From assembly GCA_041664245.1 (NCBI GenBank), contig JBAYLC010000002.1, positions 75,593 to 139,592 on the forward strand: a stretch of DNA of 64,000 nt, written 5' to 3'. Below the pieces are notes generated by a model. The model saw nothing but the letters and a program-made list of their open reading frames with translations. It did not search any database and was not told the origin of the DNA. Position numbers and translations under genes: made by a program. The stretch is from Minisyncoccota bacterium. GTDB lineage: Bacteria; Patescibacteriota; Minisyncoccia; UBA6257; 2-01-FULL-56-20. Shown here one piece after another: positions 38,662 to 47,042 of the stretch; the first letter of the stretch is position 1; each line of letters begins with the position of its first letter.

Positions 38662-39090
38662 TTAAGTAGCCGAGGCACATTTTCCGGTTAGGTGTAGAAC
38701 TGAACGAATATGCTCATCCATGATGTCGCTCTTCGGATCCCGGAAGATTACAAACCGGGACGACCGATACAAGATGACATAGAGAAGCCCTATCCAGTCA
38801 GCAAAGCGGAAATGGTCTACGCGCTCTGCCCAGGTTTCGCCTTCCAGGGGGTCGATTCGACTCACCTTTTTGTTGATCGGGTTTTCATACTGAGTGACGA
38901 TCCAGACCTCTGCACCGTCCGCAGCGCTAGATTTCTGTTGAAGGAAAGCCTTTAGGTCTGCCATATTTTGGCTGACTTTGATTTGTCCGGTGAGAGCGGG
39001 ATACCATTCCGATCGAACTGCCCATAACCATGGAAAATCGGAAAGGATAGCTCGTGTTTTGTGATCGCCCCACAACTGATTTCTAAACAT
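38662..39090 (-). CDS. Hypothetical protein in GC-rich DNA
   Basis: 142-aa ORF with a strong SD (GAGGAGG) and a rho-independent-like terminator downstream. GC content above the local average. Confidence 0.4.
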   Translation of the reverse strand: MFRNQLWGDHKTRAILSDFPWLWAVRSEWYPALTGQIKVSQNMADLKAFLQQKSSAADGAEVWIVTQYENPINKKVSRIDPLEGETWAERVDHFRFADWIGLLYVILYRSSRFVIFRDPKSDIMDEHIRSVLHLTGKCASAT

Positions 39091-39471
39091 ACTAACCTCC
39101 TGAGGAATTCCTCCTCTTTGAGTTATCCGACTCTGGATTTAAACAACTAAAAAGATGTTATCATAAATTATTAAATTTGTCTAGCTGGCTTCCTCGAGCC
39201 CATGTTTTTTCAGTGTTATCCCAAATAATAAATTTTGATAATCGACCTTCTCCGGCCCACTTCCTCCTTTGCTAAAGCTTCGGATGGGCACAGCGATACT
39301 GCGCTGACTCTATAGCCCCGCTACATCGGGACACGTGATTTTTATATCATAGTCCCTCACATTCCCTCGACACGGCTCGGGACAAGCCGTTCGGGACAGT
39401 TGATTTTGCGAACGCTTCGCGCGGCAAAATCTAACTGCTGTGTTCTTCGGTCTGGTACTAAAACCTCGCAA

Positions 39472-39523
39472 GTATTATAAGGATTTCTTTGGGGTCGGAA
39501 TAGGGGAGGGAACGACCCGTCTC
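39472..39523 (-). promoter_or_regulatory. Copy C of the conserved promoter-associated element, ~380 nt upstream of gene 38662..39090
   Basis: Plus-strand GTATTATAAGGATTTCTTTGGGGTCGGAATAGGGGAGGGAACGACCCGTCTC, in the same orientation as copies A and B. Confidence 0.55.
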
Positions 39524-39585
39524 GGTCGCACCGTCAAATGAGACAAATGAGACATATTCGAGAGGCATTTAGGTTTCTGTTGAAT

Positions 39586-39614
39586 TTGACAAATAAGAGA
39601 TTTTCGTTTATAAT
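39586..39614 (+). promoter_or_regulatory. Consensus sigma70 promoter TTGACA-17-TATAAT for gene 39663..40643
   Basis: TTGACA at 39586-39591 and TATAAT at 39609-39614, followed by AGGAG 8 nt before the ATG. Confidence 0.6.
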
Positions 39615-39662
39615 CTCTCTTAGTAAACTTTACATTGTTTTATAACGAAAGGAGAAATAGGT

Positions 39663-40643
39663 ATGAGCGAAAAAGCGAAGATTCACTTCCGGAACAGGTC
39701 GTTTATGGCTCGAGTGACTGATAAGGGAGACGAACCGATTCAGTGCACTCCCGTGGTGTACGACGAAGCGTACAACTTCGGTGTCGGTGTGTTTTATGAA
39801 GATGGCAAGGGGCAGGTTTGGGGCATGGTAACGCCTCGAAATCTTATCGCTGCCTGGCGGGCTACGGAGATACTTCGTCATCTCGATGTTATCGAACCCG
39901 GAACACTCTGTTGCGCCTACTACACTGGTATGCGTGATCCACACGAGTCTGACATGAAATCTCGTATCGAGCCGACAATTGCGAAGATCGGACGAGCGAC
40001 GTATGACGCAATTATGTCGATGCCCGTGCCCGAGCAAATTGTGAGGGCAATTCTGGACAACCAGAAAGACGATTTTGCGCCGTCTCTCTATCCTATCACC
40101 GAGGAGGTGCGAGCCGGAACGATTCAATGGCGACAGGAATTCGCTGACGTTGGGATTAGTCATCCCGATGCGATTGATGCTGCCGAAAGAGCTCGAGAAG
40201 AGACGATCGTCAAGTTTGAACGGCTACTCACTTCTTATGCTGGCTCGCGGAATCTTTCGCGTGAGTGCATGGGGATGGGTTATGTGGAAAGTGCTCTGTT
40301 GGCGCTCGTTGATAAGAGCGCGAATCGGACACATCCCGACCACGTGCTGGTTGCACTGGCAGGTGTCGTGAGCGAACTCGCCGTCTCTGAATTTTCAATG
40401 GTTATGGTGCCCTTTGGTCTGCATGGTCATGACGCAGTTAGGACACACATGGACAGAACAAAGGAAGAGGCGATTAAACACTCCGCCGGATGGCTCATTT
40501 CCAGTTCGAAGCCTTCGGGCTTAGCGCGATTTGCTTTCTGGAGGCGTCAACCAGCGTCATTCACCCCGGGAAGCGCAGCAGAACTTCTTCGTAGGTTATT
40601 GGACGAGTATTTTCCTCCGAAGTCGGAAGTGGCTGCTACGTAG
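39663..40643 (+). CDS. Hypothetical protein in GC-rich DNA
   Basis: 326-aa ORF with a consensus promoter, good RBS and a strong terminator. GC well above the window average. No domain recognised. Confidence 0.45.
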   Translation: MSEKAKIHFRNRSFMARVTDKGDEPIQCTPVVYDEAYNFGVGVFYEDGKGQVWGMVTPRNLIAAWRATEILRHLDVIEPGTLCCAYYTGMRDPHESDMKSRIEPTIAKIGRATYDAIMSMPVPEQIVRAILDNQKDDFAPSLYPITEEVRAGTIQWRQEFADVGISHPDAIDAAERAREETIVKFERLLTSYAGSRNLSRECMGMGYVESALLALVDKSANRTHPDHVLVALAGVVSELAVSEFSMVMVPFGLHGHDAVRTHMDRTKEEAIKHSAGWLISSSKPSGLARFAFWRRQPASFTPGSAAELLRRLLDEYFPPKSEVAAT

Positions 40644-40674
40644 TACAACAAAGGTTGAACGGAATAGTTGCATG

Positions 40675-40712
40675 AGGGCGTCTTGAAAGAGACGCTCTTT
40701 TTTTCTTTTTTG
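40675..40712 (+). terminator. Intrinsic terminator (AGGGCGTCT-tgaaag-AGACGCTCT plus a T-run)
   Basis: Directly downstream of the stop at 40643. Confidence 0.7.
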
Positions 40713-40906
40713 AATACGGCGCTCAGCCGGTATGACGTGGATGGTACGGAGTGCCCTCGCTCTTCAGTTATCGACGCTCCTCGAGCGGGATAACCTATCA
40801 CGAGGTGGCTGACCAAGTCGAGCTTGAACCCCAACGGATCAAACCCAGCAAGGCGATTTTGGGTAGTTTCATTTTACCATTTTGACGCGTCTCGAGCACT
40901 CGGATC

Positions 40907-41623
40907 TTAGTCTATTTTGAAGACCGAATGATCATGTCCGTTAATTGAGGCGAAAAGATGACCAAATCTCGGTGCAAAGAAGTCTTTTAGTTTCTCCATC
41001 TCGCCATTGTTTCTGTAAGCCATATCTGCATACTCAATTTTACTTTTTTCCGTAAGTTCTTCAATTTTTCCGTCAAGTTTTTTAATATCCAGGCTTAATT
41101 CTTGAGCATTTTTTTTAATCAACGATAATGCATTTGCTCTGGTTATATCAAAATTTCTCGCTGTTCTTTCATGCGTGTGTTTGTCCCTAAACTTAGTTGC
41201 TTCCTTGAGGCCACTCATCACATTATTTTTAAGATGATCTAATAAACGATTAGCATCATTTGGATTCGCAAGGTTATATCTAGATAAATCATTTTTAAGA
41301 GAACCGATTATTCCCATTATTCTTTCCTTTAAAATATAAATGTCTTGCATATAAGAATACCAATGATACTCAACTGCTTCCGATTTTGAAATTGCCTCAG
41401 ATGTAGGATAAAATTCCAAAAAATACAAGGGGTACCTCCCTATTTTCCTTAAAACAGAATCCAACTCAAGTATTTTTTCGAAATAGAATTTTGCTCTTTT
41501 TTCCTGCCAGCTTTTAGGTTTCATGTTACCTAGAAGAACATCTAATGGGAAGTTATTTGGAAAATAGTTCGTTAATATTTGAAATTTTGTTATTTCTGGC
41601 ATGGGCAAAGAATTATGTCTCAT
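40907..41623 (-). CDS. Hypothetical protein (possible HEPN-like Rx4H motif)
   Basis: 238-aa helical protein containing FRDKHTHERTAR (R-x4-H). No other recognisable domain. Confidence 0.3.
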   Translation of the reverse strand: MRHNSLPMPEITKFQILTNYFPNNFPLDVLLGNMKPKSWQEKRAKFYFEKILELDSVLRKIGRYPLYFLEFYPTSEAISKSEAVEYHWYSYMQDIYILKERIMGIIGSLKNDLSRYNLANPNDANRLLDHLKNNVMSGLKEATKFRDKHTHERTARNFDITRANALSLIKKNAQELSLDIKKLDGKIEELTEKSKIEYADMAYRNNGEMEKLKDFFAPRFGHLFASINGHDHSVFKID

Positions 41624-41646
41624 CGACGTTCCTCGGACGCAAAAAT

Positions 41647-42531
41647 TTAAGATGGCCTATCATTAAACTGCTCATCAAATTGTTGATTGAGCGTTTTATC
41701 GGTTCGTATATCGAATGTCGGTTCGTTATTAACAATGAGTGGACGTCCCAAAATCGCGATAAAATTCTCTAAGTCCACGCCGGAAGAAAGTTTTAGTAAT
41801 TTTTTATATTCAGTTTGAATATCTGCTACATCTTGCATTGAAGATTCAGATATAGCTCTAACTTGATTATAGTCTGGTCCGACTAAATATTTTCTCAGCA
41901 CGACATTGTTAAAGCCCTCGCCTGGGGCTGTTATGTAGATTGTATTTATAATGCTATTTTTTCTGAAGGTTACCACTGTCAAATTCGTTGGATCAATTTT
42001 CTTATTGGATAGGAAAAAATCCAATGAATTATTATCGAAATCTAGATAACCACTTTCATTAGCTGCGAAAAAGAAAGATTGATAATTGCCTGGATTCCCG
42101 TGGTAGTATTCTTCGTGATAATAAAAATCGTGCGCCCCAAGATAGGCGAATATGTTATCGGGAGTACCAATGTCTGAAAATTTTGTTTTCCCTAAGATAA
42201 TTGTTTTAGCTCCTGATTCAAATTTTGTTTCATCGCTAGGATTTTTAGAGTCAGCGTAATAAAGATCTTGAAGGATAGTAAAAGACGGCGTGAAATTTTT
42301 GTTCCTAACAGTGATTCCATACGCTAAAACTTTATCCGCGCTGTCGGTTAATGCTTGGACGTAATAATATTTGGAACCGAATATATATTCTTTGACTGGT
42401 GGAGGCGGGATTGGGTGCGGGGAAAATCTATCATACAAGGTATAAACGCCGACCACCGCACCTACCAAAACTGCAAGACCTCCTACGATACCCCAAAATA
42501 TATTCCACGCCCTTAAGATTTTCTTCCACAT
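41647..42531 (-). CDS. Membrane-anchored hypothetical protein
   Basis: N-terminal TM WNIFWGIVGGLAVLVGAVVGV, then a Pro-rich segment and a ~250-aa extracytoplasmic domain rich in Y/F/N. Confidence 0.35.
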   Translation of the reverse strand: MWKKILRAWNIFWGIVGGLAVLVGAVVGVYTLYDRFSPHPIPPPPVKEYIFGSKYYYVQALTDSADKVLAYGITVRNKNFTPSFTILQDLYYADSKNPSDETKFESGAKTIILGKTKFSDIGTPDNIFAYLGAHDFYYHEEYYHGNPGNYQSFFFAANESGYLDFDNNSLDFFLSNKKIDPTNLTVVTFRKNSIINTIYITAPGEGFNNVVLRKYLVGPDYNQVRAISESSMQDVADIQTEYKKLLKLSSGVDLENFIAILGRPLIVNNEPTFDIRTDKTLNQQFDEQFNDRPS

Positions 42532-42607
42532 GATAGTTGCCTTTGTTTATGCTCTTCGGACTCCGAATTTATCTCAAGGTGGCTGCCGAGGTTTTATTTG
42601 ACCGCTT

Positions 42608-43588
42608 TTACGTATTTTCAAATATATCCCTTAGAAAAGAGTGGTATTTTTCGGCTATATCTATTCGCCACTTTTCTTTTTCGGAAAGCATATATTGATA
42701 AGGCCACATTATTAATTCGCAATAGATAATCAAAAATTTGTCTTGCTCTCTCGGCAGTTTTTCTTTGGTGGCCTCTTCGTAGCCACACAGGACTTCTTCA
42801 AAAGCGTCCTTACCTAAAAATGCGTAGATATCGGAAGCCACCCGATAAATGTTTATAAATCTATATCCATGCAGCCAGTCTTCCTTTGGGGAATAAGTAT
42901 CCATCGGCAAAAGAGTGCCGTTTATATACGCCGCGTTATCAGCGTGAATATCGAGACACAATCCGACTAAGTCTTTTGAATTTTTAAATTCCTCCCTGTG
43001 GCTCTCCAGAAATTTTTTTACGTAATCTAAATATTTTTTTGCTTCATCAACCGGAACTTCTTTTACACCGGTTGCCCAAGCGACTAGGTCTTTATAACGC
43101 GGAATAAAATCATCGTACAAATCATAGGGAAATATTCGCTGTATTTTGATGATTCTTTGTCCGAGTTGAAATCCGATCTGATGGCAATCCTCTTTAGAAA
43201 TACGATTATCAATAAGTTTTTTCAGTAAGCCGTCGGACGCGCTCACTTTATTCATGACAATTACTAGCTCTTCAGATTCATCGGAGGACTCGGTGAATTT
43301 GGCAGTATCGCCATCTAGTGTTACTCCTTTTAGTTCCGTGTATATTTCCGGGCTTAGTTTATTATTCCATTCAAAATCTTTACGGGTAAAAGTAAAGCGG
43401 CCTGATTTTTGGGAAAGGTCGTTAAAATTCTCGTTGAAAAATTGATTATCGCTTTTGTAGATTTTATAGACCACGTTTTTAAAAATAAAAACGTTGGATA
43501 TGGCGGTTACAATATGTTGAGGAATTTCGGACTTGCTACCGCTTAATTTACCTTCGGCGAATGCTTCAACTAAGTTCATGTTACTCAA
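42608..43588 (-). CDS. Putative kinase-like (APH/ChoK-fold) phosphotransferase
   Basis: Weak. A Lys-containing N-lobe segment (VVYKIYKS) and a catalytic-loop-like LCLDIHADNAAYIN (HxD...N), plus a downstream D-containing motif. Overlaps the next gene by 8 nt. Confidence 0.35.
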   Translation of the reverse strand: MSNMNLVEAFAEGKLSGSKSEIPQHIVTAISNVFIFKNVVYKIYKSDNQFFNENFNDLSQKSGRFTFTRKDFEWNNKLSPEIYTELKGVTLDGDTAKFTESSDESEELVIVMNKVSASDGLLKKLIDNRISKEDCHQIGFQLGQRIIKIQRIFPYDLYDDFIPRYKDLVAWATGVKEVPVDEAKKYLDYVKKFLESHREEFKNSKDLVGLCLDIHADNAAYINGTLLPMDTYSPKEDWLHGYRFINIYRVASDIYAFLGKDAFEEVLCGYEEATKEKLPREQDKFLIIYCELIMWPYQYMLSEKEKWRIDIAEKYHSFLRDIFENT

Positions 43589-44345
43589 TAGAAACTAATC
43601 TTCTATTTTTTCGATCGAAGCCGACCGTTTTTGTTTTTTCCCTAAAAGTAATTTTAAAAAAGACAATGTCGCTATTTTCATTTTCGGCGCTTGGGTCTTG
43701 AATTGATATTTCCATCACTTCCGCATTTTTTAGCGTTGGTTCTTCGGGGTGTTTTAAATCAAAAATTTCATCAAGAAAGGGATTAAGAACTTCAAAGTGG
43801 GTAACTCCTACAAAGTGAGGTTTGGGAAGTTCTTTGTGTTTAGCTACTACTTTAAAGGCTCGGATGGCGTATTCTAAATTAGAAAAAAATCTTTTTTGGA
43901 TTTCGTCTCGCGGTTCCCATATTTTGGCGTCATCAAATCTTGGGTCGTGAGTATAGGCGTAATCGACAGCAGGCACTCCGCCCTCAGCGATAAGTTCTTG
44001 AATCATTTCGTTTCCTTTTTGTTTATCTCTCATCGCCATACTGGTGATGCCAGGGACAGTTCTGATTTTTTTGTCGGTTTTCAATACTTCTTTGATTATT
44101 CCAGCCGTTCCTTGAGCGCGAACTTTGTCGGATGCCATAAGGAAAACCTCCTCGTCTTCCTTTAGGTTGGCGGCTATCTGTTCGGCTGATTTTCGGACCG
44201 TTTCCTTGCCTTCTTCGGTTACGTCCGGGTAGATATCTGTATATTCAGTTTGGCCGTGTCTTAGAAGGGTAATACGGCCAATGAATTTTGGTTCTTTCTC
44301 CTGTTCTATTGAATTTTTTTGATTATTGAATTGTTCTGGGGGCAT
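43581..44345 (-). CDS. Histidine phosphatase-family protein (phosphoglycerate-mutase-like)
   Basis: N-terminal RITLLRHGQTEY (RHG catalytic motif) and a downstream His region. Confidence 0.6.
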   Translation of the reverse strand: MPPEQFNNQKNSIEQEKEPKFIGRITLLRHGQTEYTDIYPDVTEEGKETVRKSAEQIAANLKEDEEVFLMASDKVRAQGTAGIIKEVLKTDKKIRTVPGITSMAMRDKQKGNEMIQELIAEGGVPAVDYAYTHDPRFDDAKIWEPRDEIQKRFFSNLEYAIRAFKVVAKHKELPKPHFVGVTHFEVLNPFLDEIFDLKHPEEPTLKNAEVMEISIQDPSAENENSDIVFFKITFREKTKTVGFDRKNRRLVSIE

Positions 44346-44394
44346 TGGGTTAGCGTGATTTTAGTTTAACGTCTAAATTTTTTAATTCCCAGTA

Positions 44395-44468
44395 TGGCTG
44401 GGAGGGAAGGAATCGGACCTTCATGCCATGGTTCAGAGCCATGTATCCTACCATTAGATGACCTCCCA
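44395..44468 (-). tRNA. tRNA-Gln (anticodon CUG), CCA encoded
   Basis: Manual fold: U1-A72 and G73 (Gln identity elements), acceptor tgggagg/cctccca, 3-bp D-stem, anticodon arm catgg-ctCTGaa-ccatg, T-arm gaagg-tccgatt-ccttc. The T-loop is slightly non-canonical. Confidence 0.65.
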
Positions 44469-44625
44469 GCGATACTGATAATTTTTTAAAAATTCAGGCG
44501 GGGCCATTAGATGACCCGGCATTACTTGAATTTAGAATATAGATTTGAGAATTAATGTTTACAAATAAGGAGAATCTATGTTCTTCCGCATTATGCTATA
44601 ATAAATGTTGTAAAGTTTCAATTTT

Positions 44626-45876
44626 ATGGCAAAAGCGAGTCCACAAGAAGTTAAAGAGCTGAAGTTGGAGATTGAAAAAAATCTCACGAAACCACTCGAG
44701 GATGTTTCTATCGTCAGCCTAGTCGGCTTGTTTGTTAAATACGCCTATATGGCGGGAGCGTCGGATGTTCACCTTGATCCGACGGAAGATAGGATTCGAG
44801 TGCGATTCAGAATTGACGGTATGCTCCATGATATTTTTAACCAGATTGCCATTTCCAAAGAATTACACCAAGAAATTATTAGCCGGATAAAAGTTATCTC
44901 GGGTTTGAGGACTGACGAACATTTTTTACCGCAAGATGGGCGGTTTAAGGTGGAGACGGACGAAAAAGAAAACGTGGACGTGCGGGTTTCAATCGCGCCG
45001 ACTTATCACGGCGAAAACGCGGTCCTTAGAATTTTAGCCGAGACGCAATCTTTCAAATTAGAAGACTTGGGATTTTCGGAAGATGAACTAAAGAAAGTAC
45101 AGAAGGCGATTAAAAAGCCGTACGGAATGATTTTGGCGAACGGGCCGACGGGTTCGGGAAAAAGCACGACGCTTTACACGATTCTAAAACAGTTGAACGT
45201 GCCGGAGGTTTCGATTGTGACGGTGGAAGACCCAATTGAGTATTCACAAGACGGACTTTCCCAGATTCAGGTGGATTCTAAAGTCGGGTTGACTTTCGCT
45301 TCGGGACTGCGGTCAATCTTGCGGCAAGACCCGAATGTTATTATGGTCGGGGAAATTCGTGATCAAGAAACGGCGGGAATTTCGGTGAACGCGGCTTTGA
45401 CCGGCCACTTGGTGCTCTCAACTTTACATACTAATGATGCGGCGACAACTTTTCCGCGACTTTTGGATATGGGCGTGCCGCCGTTTTTGATTGCTTCCAC
45501 AGTTAACATCGCCATGGGCCAACGGCTCATCAGAAAAATTTGTGAGAATTGTAAAGTCAAAAGAGAGTTTACCGAGGCCGAGATGCAGGGCATCGTGGAA
45601 ATGGTGCCGCAAGTGAAAGACCATAATTTGGTTTTTTACATCGGAAAGGGATGTGATGTTTGTAACGGCATAGGTTATAAGGGTCGGGTGGGAATCCGCG
45701 AAGTTATTGAAGTCAATCGGGAGATTCGCGATTTAATTATGAACCGCGCCAACGCAGACCAGATTAAAGAAGCGGCGATTAAGAATGGAATGAGAACGAT
45801 GTTTCAGAATGGAATTGAGCAGGCCCTAGACGGAGTTACATCTCTTGAAGAAATTTTGAGGATTATTCATGAATAG
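44626..45876 (+). CDS. pilB: Type IV pilus assembly ATPase PilB / GspE-family
   Basis: Walker A GPTGSGKSTT, Asp box, Walker B VGEIRD, His box, and a tetracysteine CENC...CDVC motif. Confidence 0.85.
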   Translation: MAKASPQEVKELKLEIEKNLTKPLEDVSIVSLVGLFVKYAYMAGASDVHLDPTEDRIRVRFRIDGMLHDIFNQIAISKELHQEIISRIKVISGLRTDEHFLPQDGRFKVETDEKENVDVRVSIAPTYHGENAVLRILAETQSFKLEDLGFSEDELKKVQKAIKKPYGMILANGPTGSGKSTTLYTILKQLNVPEVSIVTVEDPIEYSQDGLSQIQVDSKVGLTFASGLRSILRQDPNVIMVGEIRDQETAGISVNAALTGHLVLSTLHTNDAATTFPRLLDMGVPPFLIASTVNIAMGQRLIRKICENCKVKREFTEAEMQGIVEMVPQVKDHNLVFYIGKGCDVCNGIGYKGRVGIREVIEVNREIRDLIMNRANADQIKEAAIKNGMRTMFQNGIEQALDGVTSLEEILRIIHE

Positions 45877-46954
45877 AAAATTATCTCGCCGGCGTTTTGG
45901 CTCTTTTTTTGAAAGATTGCCCGTGCAAGATCGGATTAATTTTGCGCGGCATCTTTCGATTGTGATTAAAGCCGGGTTGCCGATTGTTGAGGGTCTTAAG
46001 ATCATACGGAGCCAGTCAACTTCAAAGGTGCTAATAAGGATATTGGATGACTTAATTCAAAGCGTGGAGATGGGACAGTCGCTCGCCGATGGCTTGGAAG
46101 CTTACAAGCATTTATTCGGCGGGTTTTTTATAAATATTATTAGGGTGGGGGAGACGAGCGGAACTTTGAGCCAGAATTTAATTTATCTGGCGGAAGAATT
46201 GAAAAAAGACAAAGAACTTAAAAGTAAGATTAAGTCGGCGATGGTCTATCCAATGGTTATTTTAGTGGCGACGGTGTCGATTGTGGGGTTTTTGACTTAC
46301 GTGGTTTTCCCAAAAATTATTCCAGTTTTTACCGGACTTAATATCAAGTTGCCGGCGACGACCAGATTTTTGATGGGCTTTTTGGATTTTTCAAAAGATT
46401 ACGGAGCGTACGCAGTCGCTGGGCTTATAATTTTAGCAATTATTTTTAAAATACTTTTGAAATATGAGTGGTTCAAGTATTATTTTGATCGGGCGATTTT
46501 TTTCGTGCCAGCGCTTTCGGGACTAGTTATAAATATTAATATGGCTAATTTTTCCCGAATTATGGGGTTACTTCTAAAAAGCGGAATCAGAATAGTCGAG
46601 GCGGTGACGGTGACGAGTAACACTTTTGATAATGTGGTGTATAAAAGAATTTTGGGTGGAGCGAATGACGAAATTAGAAAAGGAGAACAGCTGGCTCATT
46701 ATTTAGTTGACCATCAAAAGTTTTTTCCGCTTTTACTTTGCGGAATGATAAGAATTGGAGAAAACACCGGTAATTTGGAGGACAATCTTTTCTATCTGTC
46801 GGAATATTACTCAGAGGAGGTGGATAATAAGATAAAAAATTTAACTGGACTTCTGGAACCGGTGATGCTTCTTTTGATGGGGATTTTTGTCGGATTTGTG
46901 GCGATTTCAATAATCACACCGATTTATTCGATTTCACAAGGATTGGCGAGCTAA
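45869..46954 (+). CDS. pilC: Type IV pilus platform protein PilC / GspF-family
   Basis: Two T2SSF repeats and three TMs. Overlaps pilB by 8 nt. Confidence 0.85.
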   Translation: MNRKLSRRRFGSFFERLPVQDRINFARHLSIVIKAGLPIVEGLKIIRSQSTSKVLIRILDDLIQSVEMGQSLADGLEAYKHLFGGFFINIIRVGETSGTLSQNLIYLAEELKKDKELKSKIKSAMVYPMVILVATVSIVGFLTYVVFPKIIPVFTGLNIKLPATTRFLMGFLDFSKDYGAYAVAGLIILAIIFKILLKYEWFKYYFDRAIFFVPALSGLVININMANFSRIMGLLLKSGIRIVEAVTVTSNTFDNVVYKRILGGANDEIRKGEQLAHYLVDHQKFFPLLLCGMIRIGENTGNLEDNLFYLSEYYSEEVDNKIKNLTGLLEPVMLLLMGIFVGFVAISIITPIYSISQGLAS

Positions 46955-47042
46955 CAAGATGTCATGTATCCCACTGTCGCCGAGGCTATGGCGGGTAAGC
47001 AAGTGTTAGGTGTTATGCGATAGGTATCAAGTACCAAGAATC

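Noticed and set aside
44395-44468. Possibility that tRNA-Gln is a pseudogene, given its non-canonical T-loop (UCCGAUU, C at position 55) and 3-bp D-stem
   Set aside because: The acceptor, anticodon and T stems are perfect. The Gln identity elements (U1-A72, G73, CUG) are present and CCA is encoded. It is retained as a functional tRNA with moderate confidence.
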